63,333 nucleotides of DNA from an uncultured Candidatus Saccharibacteria bacterium (GCA_964430225.1 CAYSFE010000002.1:1-63333); one strand, 5' to 3'. Positions 10,501-19,783 are shown, counted from the stretch's first letter. Program-made: numbers and translations. Notes: generated by a model from the sequence alone, not told the origin.

Positions 10501-11128
10501 CGGCTTTGTTGATATAGTGGGAGTCACAAGTTGCCACCATATCTAAACCAAATTTCTTAGCGATTTCTATTTGAGTAGGTATTAGTTTTTCACTTTCTTC
10601 TACTCCGTTTCTTTGTAGTTCTACAAATACATGTTCAAAATTATCTATGAAAAACTTTACCCAGTCTTCTGCAGCTTCTCTATCACCATGAAGAAGATTC
10701 TTATTCATAGGGCTTGATAGACATCCAGTAGTAACAATAATTCCTTTAGAATATTTAGCTAATACCTCTCTATCAACACGTGGTTTGTAGTACATGCCTT
10801 CTAGTTGACCTACTGAACATATTTTCATTAGGTTATGATATCCCTCTAAATTCTTTGCTAGTAATGTTAAATGGTATCTTTTCTTATCTAGTTTTGGATC
10901 TTTATCATGTCTTGATCTAGCTGCTACATATACCTCACATCCTATGATTGGTTTTATTCCATTTGCCTTACATTCACTCCAAAATTCATATAGACCATAC
11001 ATTACTCCATGGTCTGTCATAGCGCATGCTGTCATACCTAATTCTTTGAGTCTTTTGACAAGAGGTTTTACGCGGATAAGTCCGTCTAATAGGGAATATT
11101 CGGTATGTAAGTGTAGATGTGTAAACAT
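7556..11128 (-). CDS. dnaE: DNA polymerase III alpha subunit
   Basis: 1190 aa with an N-terminal PHP domain (FTHLHLHTEYSLLDG), a conserved palm/fingers region and a C-terminal OB region. Confidence 0.97.
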   Translation of the reverse strand: MFTHLHLHTEYSLLDGLIRVKPLVKRLKELGMTACAMTDHGVMYGLYEFWSECKANGIKPIIGCEVYVAARSRHDKDPKLDKKRYHLTLLAKNLEGYHNLMKICSVGQLEGMYYKPRVDREVLAKYSKGIIVTTGCLSSPMNKNLLHGDREAAEDWVKFFIDNFEHVFVELQRNGVEESEKLIPTQIEIAKKFGLDMVATCDSHYINKADSDLQEINWCIRDANLLSDPDRAKKWGDEFYVKSSEEMVELFKDIPEAITNTEKVANLVEAYSIKYDRVQPIFPGIEDGESAKTYLRKLCLYGSLLKFGKGEAREKLLKFLNLTVEEDKVKTIHIKLSDALNYLKENPNIEADIPENILKQINYELEIIDTKGYNDYFLIVSDFLNWAKLNGIVAGVRGSVGGSLVAYVTSITDIDPLKWELYFERFLNPQRPSPPDIDCDLQDDRRDEVVNYIGNKYGFDHLSAICALGRMKSRAAIRDVARVMGIDLAIADKLSKLVIVKFGKPYSIKDMMEKVKEFSDIVNSDPQLKKLIEVVSKIENMPRHASTHACGILITPKPVNEYVPLQYDKEGRVISQLEMKPLEELGLMKFDILGLANLTIIKNTLIAIEKYEGKHIDIWKIPEDDKATFDLLKRGDTTAVFQLESDGMKKYLRDLQPESLEDICFMCAAYRPGPMQFIPAYIDCKHGRKEPDYLIPELEPIVKNTYGFAIYQEQVIRIAVDIAGYTMGEADILRRAMGKKVKEIMIAEKAKFLEGCVKRGHSNEVAEKLFEYLMPFADYGFNKAHAAGYAMIAYQTAYLKAHYPIEFTIGLLESDLETADKLHRDVEEARNLGIEVLQPDVNKSNLMFGIEEKEGKKCIRFGMGGIKTINRKVVEKIITERDNNGPFKHFDDLVGRVGIGDLTKKTLEVLIESGALDAFGTRTQLLTIMPTVWNKYTRLKDERNQESLFGDSKVMGESASLLPNIEKETDKQKLVWERELLGTFFSNHPLRNYTYLIDNEKILSINKALEGELNKPVLLLVILKETKKIISKKNGKPMAFLKLEDLETVMDSVLFNTSYEKYKDKLKDGEIYLISGKINERNDQKSLLIDTIEPINDHTEVLTKIENSPVMKLENEPIKKKKPVSILIDVSSTDDKDLLKRLKESIKNNPGDKEVVLRFKDSNETIVEKTLSTKIKLTKEMIAEYGELIH

Positions 11129-11198
11129 GTGAATGCTATTACTTATACCAGAATATTTATGACTTGAGAAATGAATTTAAATACCATATATTTGTCTT

Positions 11199-11753
11199 AT
11201 GAAAAAGGCATTTACAATCGTTGAACTACTAGTAGTTATGGCAGTTATTGGGATACTGATAACTTTAGCTGTTACTGGAATTCAAGCCATTCAAAAGTCT
11301 CAACGAGAGTTGTCGAGACAAAATGATATGAGAAATTTAATTGCTTTTATTGAAGAATATAACTCGAAATTTCGAATGTACCCCAGACATTATTCCTTTT
11401 TTATTAATGATACAAGTGGCGAAGGTAAGGTCATATGTATATATAGACCGGAAGGTTGGTATGATGGGGTTGATACGAATTGTACAAGCACATATATCGG
11501 TAGTGGTCTATATAATCGATTAATTCTTCAACAACCAGGTGCTGAAATATATGGTAGTAATTTTAGTGGGGTTGATATAGATACTACTGTAACAGGACCA
11601 GGTGGAGATTGTGAAGTACCTAAAGGACCTGAAACCTGGACAATCTATTATAGGTCGAATATCGGCATTAATGGGGTAGAATATCCACAACAGTTTGGTC
11701 TTTATGCATGTACTGAAAATGGATTATCTCAAAAATTTGGGGAGTTAAAATAA
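11199..11753 (+). CDS. type IV pilin-like protein (prepilin-type N-terminal cleavage/methylation domain)
   Basis: N-terminus MKKA|FTIVELLVVMAVIGILITLAV with the conserved Glu5. Paralog of 57329..57901. Confidence 0.85.
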   Translation: MKKAFTIVELLVVMAVIGILITLAVTGIQAIQKSQRELSRQNDMRNLIAFIEEYNSKFRMYPRHYSFFINDTSGEGKVICIYRPEGWYDGVDTNCTSTYIGSGLYNRLILQQPGAEIYGSNFSGVDIDTTVTGPGGDCEVPKGPETWTIYYRSNIGINGVEYPQQFGLYACTENGLSQKFGELK

Positions 11754-12797
11754 TTACCTAGAAGAAAGAAGATATTTAGTTCCTCTACTTTTACCATCTA
11801 CTCTTAGTAAGTTTTTGTTTACTAGCTCATCCAGATCCCTAAATGCAGTCATGGTAGATACTTGCATCATTTCACAATACTCCTCTCTTCTAACTGTAGG
11901 AATATTTTGAAGATATCTAAGTATTTTTAATTGTCTTTGATTAAGATTAAGGAATGGTTGATCTTTCTTTTCTGTACTAATCTTATTTTTTCTGTTTAAT
12001 TCATTCACTGTTGATTCAAAGTCTTCAGTTATCTTTTCTAAGAACACTTCTATTAGACTAGTTAGATCATCTTCTGATTTAGAGGCTTCAAATATCTTTT
12101 CTAAATACATTTCCTCATTGTTATCAATGTTTTTGATGAAACTAATATATGGAAACTCAAAATATTTAGAAATCATAGAAGAAATTTCTAGTATTGTGAG
12201 TATTGTAAGTTTATTTTGAGATACAAAAGGACAAATTCTTATAAGGGAGTACCAAAGAACTATTAGATTAATTAAATCATGTGTTTTACTTATTGAGGCT
12301 TTATATGTATCTAGTGTCTGTACTAGTTTTGGTCTTATATATGTACTTGTAACTGTAAGATCCCTAAGTTCACTCCATGTATCATTACTTTTATCTACAG
12401 CTTCTCCACTTTCTCTAATCTTACTCTCCGTATTTGCTCTAAAGTTACTTAAGAGTAGTTTATTTATTTGAACAACAAAATTGATATCCCAAGTTAAATA
12501 GTTCCCTTTAAGAGAAGTTTCTACGAAGTTAAGAGCTGAATTTAGATTAAGGATTAGTTTACCTTCTACTTCATTGATTATTGGCTTTTTATTTTTGGTA
12601 AGATTTTCCACTTCTCTATATGACATATTTATACCAAGTATATGTGCCATATGGAAGAGATCGTTTATTCTTTTTTCTTCAAGTAAAAATTTGTTTTGAG
12701 ACTTTTCAAAACTTTGGTCAACTTGAAGCTTTAGTTTTTCTATCTTAACTATAGAATTTAGCATTCTATGAGTAAGAGTATATGTTGGAGATAGCAT
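11754..12797 (-). CDS. Fic-family-like protein with a C-terminal winged-HTH. The Fic active-site motif is degenerate
   Basis: Size and layout match Fic_N, Fic core and wHTH (LNQRQLKILRYLQ...FRDLDELV...GKSRGTKYLL). CPFVSQNKL (12207-12233) stands where HPFxDGNGR is expected. Confidence 0.6.
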   Translation of the reverse strand: MLSPTYTLTHRMLNSIVKIEKLKLQVDQSFEKSQNKFLLEEKRINDLFHMAHILGINMSYREVENLTKNKKPIINEVEGKLILNLNSALNFVETSLKGNYLTWDINFVVQINKLLLSNFRANTESKIRESGEAVDKSNDTWSELRDLTVTSTYIRPKLVQTLDTYKASISKTHDLINLIVLWYSLIRICPFVSQNKLTILTILEISSMISKYFEFPYISFIKNIDNNEEMYLEKIFEASKSEDDLTSLIEVFLEKITEDFESTVNELNRKNKISTEKKDQPFLNLNQRQLKILRYLQNIPTVRREEYCEMMQVSTMTAFRDLDELVNKNLLRVDGKSRGTKYLLSSR

Positions 12798-12800
12798 AGT

Positions 12801-15800
12801 TTATTTTGTTACGAAAACTTTAACGAATATCTTATCACTAAGAGCATTTACTACTTTTAGAGAAGACTTGTCAAGGTTTTTGTAATAGTACATTTCTTTA
12901 TTACCAAATCCTTCATTTGTTACGTTTGTACAATCGAGGTCTCCATTCTTACTCTCACAGTCACTTTCGATTGCTCGTAAAATGTTTATACTTCTAGGAA
13001 TTTCTCCTAAGTTATGTTTTATACTTTCTTCAGAATTAGGGGATATTTCAACCCATTTACTTTCAAACACTGACTTTCCTGCAACTTTACCATCCACATA
13101 TAGGTCACCATTTATTGTTACATCTTTAGAAAATCTTGCATTACCTTTATAGTCGATACTGAAGAGTTCAACACCAGCTTTATTAGCAATAAGTAGTTTA
13201 TTCTTACTTATTGTTTCATTAAGTTCTATTAAAATATCTGAATTTTCTGAGCTTATCTTCTTTGTTACAAAGTTATCTACGGACAACTGATCTGAATATG
13301 TAACTTTTGAATTGAACATTAGACTTCCATCTGATTCAATACTAAATTTAGTAAGTAAACTGGTTAGTTTCGAAAGATCTAAGTTTTCAAATCCTCCACT
13401 TAATGTTGGTCCAGTGGAAGTAGTACTATTTAAAGTGGTATTTAGTAATTGTGTAGTAGTATTTAAAGTTTGGTTTTGTCCATTAACAGTATTTTGTAAA
13501 GCATTAAGTCTGTCAGTAAATGCAGCAAACTCTACGTCTCTGTGGTAGTAGTATGAGTTATCAATTAAGACTACAATTTTATCGGTAGGATTTAATGGAT
13601 CCCAATCATTCAATGCTTTTCCAATAACTTGACCAGTTCGACTAGCCTTCATAGCCTTACCTTCTTCACTTGAAGAAGTGATATAGTCTCCAGCTTTAAT
13701 AGCTTCAGATAAAGAAGATATCTTTACAGGTACTCTTCCAGCTAGAGCTACTTTAGCTTTAGCATATGTATTTCCGTCATCTAATGTAATACCAGGCCTT
13801 GTAGAAACAATTCCAATTACATTAGAATCAAACTCTCCTGAACTCTTCTTAATATATTTAATTCCACTATCTGAGTTAGTACTAGATACAGAAACTATGT
13901 CTCCAGCATCAACAACAAAGCCACTTTCAATTGGGAAGTTCTCAGCAAGATCAACACCTGCAGCTAGAGATGAAACAGTAAGCCTTACACTATCTGCATA
14001 AAACGTATCTGCGGTTGTTGGGGTATCAAAAATAACATAAACCCTACCCCAGAATTGGGTAGAAGCTGGATTTACATTTCCACCATACTGAGCATATGTT
14101 GTAGTTACAGTTCCATTTGATACTGAGTCATAGTTTGTTGGAGTGCTTCTTGAACTACAGTTTGCTGCAGATGTATATGTAGCAAGTCTAAGAGTTAATG
14201 CATTTGTATTTGAGGCTGTATTTAGGTCTCTTGCAAATACGTATAGGCTATATGTATTTCCACCAGTTATTGGAATACAACCAGAAAAGATACTTGCTCC
14301 ATCAGTATTTGCTGAAAGTACTAGTGACCATGCATTGGTACCTTGTATACTTGTTGTAGAAACACCTCCAGTTCCACCTGAACCTGAAATAGAGGACAAT
14401 CCCCATCCATCAGGATTAGTTGATGATCCATCATCATTAATTTCAAAACCAGTATTTGTTATAAGTGATTCTTGATCAGCTATTCCATTAACACCTGATG
14501 TATTAATTGTGTTACCTGAAAAATTAGTTGACCCTGTAATGTCTAATTTATAAACAGGGGAAGTATTACCAATACCAACATTTCCAGAGTTAAAAACTGC
14601 AGCATAATTATATGTTCCACCTGACGCATTAAAATACCCTCCAAAGTTAGATGAGTTTGAACCTGAGTGTGTATTAGAAGAATAAATACCATATGTTGAC
14701 TGTCCATTACTTCCATTTGCACCAGTGGTTAAAATATTTATAGCCTTTTGAGTATTACTTGCAGCAGCTGTACTGTTTACAGAAAGGTCAATCAATGATC
14801 CTGAACTAAGGGTTGAAGATGATGCATATAGACCGGTACCAGATGTTAAACTATTACCATTAAGTGAAACTATAGATGAAGTAGTTGTTTGTGTAGTATT
14901 TACGGAGTTAAGAGTCACATTACCTAAGGAACTAACTTGGAATAGATCTCCGCTACCAACTGTAAGTAAACCTAAAGGAGATGTATCACCAATACCAACA
15001 TTTCCCCCATTTGTAATTAAAGCATAATTTGATGTTGCGCCTGAAACAGCACCTATGTTAACTCCAATATTTGTAGTTGCTGTTCCAGATATTGCTCCAA
15101 CCTTAATTCCATAGTTTGCACCTGTATTTGCAGAGTTTGCACCTAATTCTAATCCAAAAGAATTAGACCCAGAATTTCCCCCACTAATTGTTCCTGTTTT
15201 AATTCCATAAATTGTGAATGTATTATATAAAGCACTTGTTGGTGCTACAGTATTTCCAAGAGTAAGTTGACCAAGTATTGAAGATGTTTGTGCATATCCT
15301 GAAATATCTCCAGTTCTTATTTGCCAAACATCTCCTCCTGTACTTGCTCCTATGTCCAAACCTACACCCCCATTATCTGTACCAATCCCAGAAATAGAAA
15401 TTCCTGTTCCTTGTCCCATATTTTGAATCCTAAGTCCATAATTAGTTGACATAGTTCCAGTACCATATATATCTATCCCAATATTATTACTTGCTCCTGA
15501 GGCTGAAAAATATCCTCCAATATTTGTTGCAGATGTCCCAGTATGTGTATTAGTTGCATATAGCCCATAGGTCGTTTGGGTTGTAGTAGCATTATTTCCA
15601 CTTGTTGAAATATTTAAAACCTTTTGCGTATTACTTGCAGCAGCTGTTCCTGTTACTAAAAGATTAACTAGAGAACCGGAACTTAAAGTTGATGATGCAC
15701 CATAAAATCCAGTACCAGAGGTTAAGCTATTTCCATTAAGTGAAACAATTGAGGAAGTTGTTGTTTGTGTAGTATTTACAGAGTTAAGAGTCACATTTCC

Positions 15801-18800
15801 AAGTGAACTAACTTGAAATAGATCTCCAGATCCAACAGTAAACATTCCAGCTGGTGAAACATCACCTACACCAACATTTCCAGTGTCTCCTACGAATAGT
15901 CTTACGTTTGATCCATTTGTATCCATGAGCCTAATACCTCGAGAGTTATTTCCACTTCCACCTGTTGAATCGAATAGAATATCAGTGTAATAGTTTGATC
16001 CTGAATTATATCCCCTCAATCCCCATGCACTACTACCATCAAAGTAATATCCTGCACCGTTACTAATACTTGCCATATATACCTTGCTGCCATTATCTAA
16101 AAGAATATTGCCACCTGTAACTGTTAATCTAGCACCTGGTGCTGTTGTGCCTATTCCTACTGCTCCTGTTTTATCTACGACAAAAGAAGTAGAGTCGGTA
16201 TATGTTCCATCATCATTCACTCTAAATGCTAAGGCATTCGTACCTGTTTGAGCAGTTGTTACATTTAGTGCTGTACCTTGACCTGCTCCTGCTCCAGTAA
16301 TCCCAATTCTTAAAGCATCTCCATTAATATCTGTATCAGTAGAAGTTGTATACTCTATTTTAGCTAGTGCACTTGTCCAAGATGCTGCTGGATTACCTGT
16401 AGCTAAAATATTAAGTAGATTTGAACTTGTTAAGGCTGTTGATGTACTAGTAAGACTTAAAAGATTTCCAGTTGTAATTCCATTACCAGTAAGAGTTAAA
16501 GCATTTTCTGTAGTTAAAGTACCCCAGTCCCATTGTTGTGCGTAAAGGGTATTATCAATTGTATTTGTGCCAGCTGCTGCTGTAAAAGTATTAAATGCAA
16601 CATTGGCAAATGTAGAGGATGACCAGGTTAAATTACCGGCTCCATCATTTTTCAAATATGTATTTGATCCTCCTTGGGAACCTGGAAAACTAGTAGTTAC
16701 ATTATTTATCTTTACAATATTACCTGAGCTATTTACTTGAAACTGTGCTGCAGTTCCTACGTTAAAAAGTGATGTTAGCGTAGTACTTCCAACAGTTACA
16801 TTTCCAGCAACCGGAGAGATATAGCTATCACCTGTTTGTAAGTTCACTGAAAATCTATTATATCCACTTCCTCCACCTGAAGGATATCCGTAAACTACAA
16901 AACTTTCTGTTTCATAACCTGATCTAGAATCAAGTCTAAATATTCCACCTAATCTACCATCATCCCTAGTCCCTACTTGCGGAACATTAATTCCATATGA
17001 AAGCAACTCTCCAGATGCCTCAGTAAAACTACCAGAAGGAATAGAGGTTCCAAATAGATAACCAGCTTCAGGTGTACCTGAAGTTACAAGTCTAAGAGTA
17101 CTATCAATGTTTAATCTTCCTGAAGAAACACTTGTAACTCCAATTCCAAGATTACCTGATTTATCAATAATAAAAGGAGATGAATCAGTATATGTTCCAT
17201 CATCATTAACTCTAAATGCCAATGCATTAGTTCCTGTCTGTGCACTTGTTACATTTAGTGCTGTACCTTGCCCTGCTCCTGCTCCAGTAATACCAATTCT
17301 TAAAGCATCCCCATTAATGTCTGTATCAGTAGAAGTTGTATACTCTATTTTAGCTAGTGCACCTGTCCAAGAAGCTGCTGGACTTCCAGTTGCCAGGATA
17401 TTTAAAAGACTAGCACTTGTGAGAGCAGTTGATGAACTAGAAAGGCTAAATAGGTTTCCAGTCGTTATCCCATTTGCACTTAGTGATAATGCATTTTCTG
17501 TAGTTAAAGTACTCCAATTCCAAGTTTGTGCATAGAGAGTATTATCTATTGTGTTCGTGCCTGTTGCTAATGTAAGTCCACTTATAGCTGATGATGAGGA
17601 AACACTTGCCCAAGTTAAAGTTCCAGAACCATTGTTTTTTAAGTATGTATCTACCCCACCCTGAGAACCTGGAAAACTAGTAGTTACATTATTTATCTTT
17701 ATAATGTTTCCTGTACTGTTTACTTGAAACTGATCACTTCCACCAGCATTAAAAGATATAGGTGCTTTAACCTTACCATCACCAGTAACTACTAAAATAT
17801 CTGTGGTAGCTGCAAGAACTGTTCCTGCTGCATTTCTTTCTATAAAGTTATATCGCATGTAATTACTTGCTACAGCTGATGCTGAAATAAACTGAGTTTC
17901 AAATCCTGGATAATATCCATTAACATCGGTTGTACCAGTGTTTCCAAATACTAAGGAGGCACCACTCCCAAATGCAGTGTTAGTGTAAATTCCAACTTTA
18001 TTATCTCCATCATATTCAAATGACGCTGATTCATATGTACCTTTATTCATTGAACCTGCTGTTCCTCTGACAATATCAAAAGGATTTTGTGGGGTTGATG
18101 TACCAACTCCAACAAATCCACTTGGAACAATTAATCCGTAGTTATTTGTAGCTCCACTTGCCGAAGCATATAGTCCAACATTAGTTGTAGCAGCTCCAGT
18201 ATTAGAGAAGTATCCAGCATAATCTGTTCCGGTGGTTGCTCCAGTTTGAGAAATATTTAATGCTTTGTTTGAAGCTCCTGTTGCTGATGAGGTAAGAGTA
18301 AAAATATCTCCTGAGTTTCCAGTAATAGATAAGATATCATTAGCAGTTGTTGGAGAAAGAGTAGTACTTGTTCTACTCCAATATCCTAGTGCTCCACTTG
18401 TTGGGGCAGTAGTGGTAAGTGTTCCATTACCTCCAGAAGTATACAAAGCTCCGTTACTTGTTAAAGCTGAAAACTGAATAGTCCCACTTGAAACTATTCC
18501 AGCAGCTGCTGCAATTTGTCCTGAGCTGTTTACTTGAAATAGATCTGTATTACCTACTGTGAATAATGCTGCAGGAGTTGTGTCCCCTATTCCTACATTT
18601 CCATTAGCAATTATTCTCATTCTTTCATTTGACGCAGAATACCCTCCAGTTGCAAAGTTAATATATCCACTGGTTCCTCCTGCAACTAATGTTGTACTTC
18701 CTGTATTAATATAGCTAGCTAGAGCAATTTGATCACCTGTAAATATTCCATTACTAAAACTTGCTCCTGTTGCTAAGAACTGGCCAGCTAACCCTGATGC

Positions 18801-19748
18801 TGTATTAAAGTCAATGACTCCATATGATGCAGCAGAAGTTGCCTCTAGATTAATTCCTGAATTTACACCACCACCTGATTTAATATGTAAGAAAGCAGCA
18901 GGGGCATCAGTCCCTATTCCTACTTTTCCACTAGCATCTACTACAAATGGAGAGGTGTCAGATCCTTGATCATCTACCCTAAAACTTAATGCACCTCCAA
19001 TATTTTGAACATATATTGGAATAGCAGTTGATGAAGCTAGAGTATTCACTCCAAGTATTGATGGTGTCCCTGTTGAAACTGATGCTGTATTTTCTGATAA
19101 TAATAAACCTGTTTGACTAGCAGATGTAAGAGCCCAGTTCCATGTTTGATTGTAGTTTCCATTATTTATACTGTTATTAGCACCTGCTAATGTTAAACCA
19201 GATATTGGAACATTTGTAGATGTTCCAGCATTATCAGAATACTTAGACCTAAATGCATAAGGAACAGCTTCTAGAAGTTTTCTACTTCCAAATGTTTCCC
19301 AACTAGATCCGTTATATATTTGTATATCTAAGTAGAGTGAGTTGTTACTAAACTGAGCTAGTGAGGCTGCTCCATCTTCAAAACTACGAAGGGAACCAGC
19401 AGTAGTTCCAAGTTGTGTATTTAGTAGTCCGTTTGTAACTGTTAAAGCTACAAGATCAGTTCCAGGTGTACCTGCTGCAAATGTACATGCACCAGTTCCT
19501 GGTATTGTACCTTTTGCTGTCCAAAGACAGTCACCAGCAGCCGATGCATTATAAATACTAAATCTAAAATTATATGTTCCATCACTTACATTAGTTCCAT
19601 TTACATTTGTAAGTTTAGCTTGGAAATTAAAAGTCTCATTTATTGTTGCAAATGCTGGATTAAATACGGGTAGAAAATTAAATACTAGAATAGAAACTAG
19701 AAGGATACTAGCAAGTTTTTTATATGTTTTATTAATCATATTACCCAT
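12801..19748 (-). CDS. giant secreted/surface fibre-like protein (2315 aa), repeat-rich, with a CBM-like jelly-roll module and a C-terminal coiled-coil/beta region
   Basis: Uninterrupted 6.9-kb ORF with an N-terminal signal/anchor (KKLASILLVSILVFNFLPVFNPAFA) and Gly/Ser/Thr/Asn-rich composition. The motif GNVGIG-x3-P-x3-L-x-V recurs eight times. Confidence 0.9.
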   Translation of the reverse strand: MGNMINKTYKKLASILLVSILVFNFLPVFNPAFATINETFNFQAKLTNVNGTNVSDGTYNFRFSIYNASAAGDCLWTAKGTIPGTGACTFAAGTPGTDLVALTVTNGLLNTQLGTTAGSLRSFEDGAASLAQFSNNSLYLDIQIYNGSSWETFGSRKLLEAVPYAFRSKYSDNAGTSTNVPISGLTLAGANNSINNGNYNQTWNWALTSASQTGLLLSENTASVSTGTPSILGVNTLASSTAIPIYVQNIGGALSFRVDDQGSDTSPFVVDASGKVGIGTDAPAAFLHIKSGGGVNSGINLEATSAASYGVIDFNTASGLAGQFLATGASFSNGIFTGDQIALASYINTGSTTLVAGGTSGYINFATGGYSASNERMRIIANGNVGIGDTTPAALFTVGNTDLFQVNSSGQIAAAAGIVSSGTIQFSALTSNGALYTSGGNGTLTTTAPTSGALGYWSRTSTTLSPTTANDILSITGNSGDIFTLTSSATGASNKALNISQTGATTGTDYAGYFSNTGAATTNVGLYASASGATNNYGLIVPSGFVGVGTSTPQNPFDIVRGTAGSMNKGTYESASFEYDGDNKVGIYTNTAFGSGASLVFGNTGTTDVNGYYPGFETQFISASAVASNYMRYNFIERNAAGTVLAATTDILVVTGDGKVKAPISFNAGGSDQFQVNSTGNIIKINNVTTSFPGSQGGVDTYLKNNGSGTLTWASVSSSSAISGLTLATGTNTIDNTLYAQTWNWSTLTTENALSLSANGITTGNLFSLSSSSTALTSASLLNILATGSPAASWTGALAKIEYTTSTDTDINGDALRIGITGAGAGQGTALNVTSAQTGTNALAFRVNDDGTYTDSSPFIIDKSGNLGIGVTSVSSGRLNIDSTLRLVTSGTPEAGYLFGTSIPSGSFTEASGELLSYGINVPQVGTRDDGRLGGIFRLDSRSGYETESFVVYGYPSGGGSGYNRFSVNLQTGDSYISPVAGNVTVGSTTLTSLFNVGTAAQFQVNSSGNIVKINNVTTSFPGSQGGSNTYLKNDGAGNLTWSSSTFANVAFNTFTAAAGTNTIDNTLYAQQWDWGTLTTENALTLTGNGITTGNLLSLTSTSTALTSSNLLNILATGNPAASWTSALAKIEYTTSTDTDINGDALRIGITGAGAGQGTALNVTTAQTGTNALAFRVNDDGTYTDSTSFVVDKTGAVGIGTTAPGARLTVTGGNILLDNGSKVYMASISNGAGYYFDGSSAWGLRGYNSGSNYYTDILFDSTGGSGNNSRGIRLMDTNGSNVRLFVGDTGNVGVGDVSPAGMFTVGSGDLFQVSSLGNVTLNSVNTTQTTTSSIVSLNGNSLTSGTGFYGASSTLSSGSLVNLLVTGTAAASNTQKVLNISTSGNNATTTQTTYGLYATNTHTGTSATNIGGYFSASGASNNIGIDIYGTGTMSTNYGLRIQNMGQGTGISISGIGTDNGGVGLDIGASTGGDVWQIRTGDISGYAQTSSILGQLTLGNTVAPTSALYNTFTIYGIKTGTISGGNSGSNSFGLELGANSANTGANYGIKVGAISGTATTNIGVNIGAVSGATSNYALITNGGNVGIGDTSPLGLLTVGSGDLFQVSSLGNVTLNSVNTTQTTTSSIVSLNGNSLTSGTGLYASSSTLSSGSLIDLSVNSTAAASNTQKAINILTTGANGSNGQSTYGIYSSNTHSGSNSSNFGGYFNASGGTYNYAAVFNSGNVGIGNTSPVYKLDITGSTNFSGNTINTSGVNGIADQESLITNTGFEINDDGSSTNPDGWGLSSISGSGGTGGVSTTSIQGTNAWSLVLSANTDGASIFSGCIPITGGNTYSLYVFARDLNTASNTNALTLRLATYTSAANCSSRSTPTNYDSVSNGTVTTTYAQYGGNVNPASTQFWGRVYVIFDTPTTADTFYADSVRLTVSSLAAGVDLAENFPIESGFVVDAGDIVSVSSTNSDSGIKYIKKSSGEFDSNVIGIVSTRPGITLDDGNTYAKAKVALAGRVPVKISSLSEAIKAGDYITSSSEEGKAMKASRTGQVIGKALNDWDPLNPTDKIVVLIDNSYYYHRDVEFAAFTDRLNALQNTVNGQNQTLNTTTQLLNTTLNSTTSTGPTLSGGFENLDLSKLTSLLTKFSIESDGSLMFNSKVTYSDQLSVDNFVTKKISSENSDILIELNETISKNKLLIANKAGVELFSIDYKGNARFSKDVTINGDLYVDGKVAGKSVFESKWVEISPNSEESIKHNLGEIPRSINILRAIESDCESKNGDLDCTNVTNEGFGNKEMYYYKNLDKSSLKVVNALSDKIFVKVFVTK
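13978..14450 (-). other. CBM4/9-like carbohydrate-binding jelly-roll module inside the giant protein
   Basis: The segment starts NTGFEINDDGSSTNPDGWGL and ends FYADSVRLT. This N-x-GFE...GW start and VxL end is the pattern I associate with CBM_4_9-type modules. Confidence 0.4.
14616..15005 (-). repeat. intragenic repeat B, copy 2 (130 codons)
   Basis: Aligns to 15492..15881 at an offset of exactly 876 nt (292 codons). Shared peptide: GDLFQVSSLGNVTLNSVNTTQTTTSSIVSLNGNSLTSGTG. Confidence 0.85.
15492..15881 (-). repeat. intragenic repeat B, copy 1 (130 codons)
   Basis: See 14616..15005. Long identical nucleotide runs are visible by eye. Confidence 0.85.
16146..16742 (-). repeat. intragenic repeat A, copy 2 (about 199 codons)
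   Basis: Aligns to 17136..17729 at an offset of 987-990 nt. There are 5 mismatches in 120 nt when 16261-16380 is aligned to 17251-17370. Confidence 0.9.
17136..17729 (-). repeat. intragenic repeat A, copy 1 (about 198 codons)
   Basis: See 16146..16742. Shared peptide: FQVNS.GNI.KINNVTTSFPGSQGG...EYTTSTDTDINGDALRIGITGAGAGQGTALNVT. Confidence 0.9.
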
Positions 19749-19783
19749 ATCTGCACACTACTATACTACTGTTTTTATGAGTC

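Noticed and set aside
14616-17729. Diversity-generating retroelement (template/variable repeat) explanation for the near-identical repeats
   Set aside because: No reverse transcriptase ORF is in the window. Both copies of each pair are in-frame parts of the same gene. The mismatches involve all base types rather than adenine-specific substitutions.
13312-18477. Plus-strand ORFs 13312..13548, 14143..14475, 17107..17535 and 18265..18477 inside the giant gene
   Set aside because: These are shadow ORFs antisense to a 6.9-kb coding frame. Their low-complexity translations mirror the Gly/Ser/Thr-rich sense frame, and they have no independent support.
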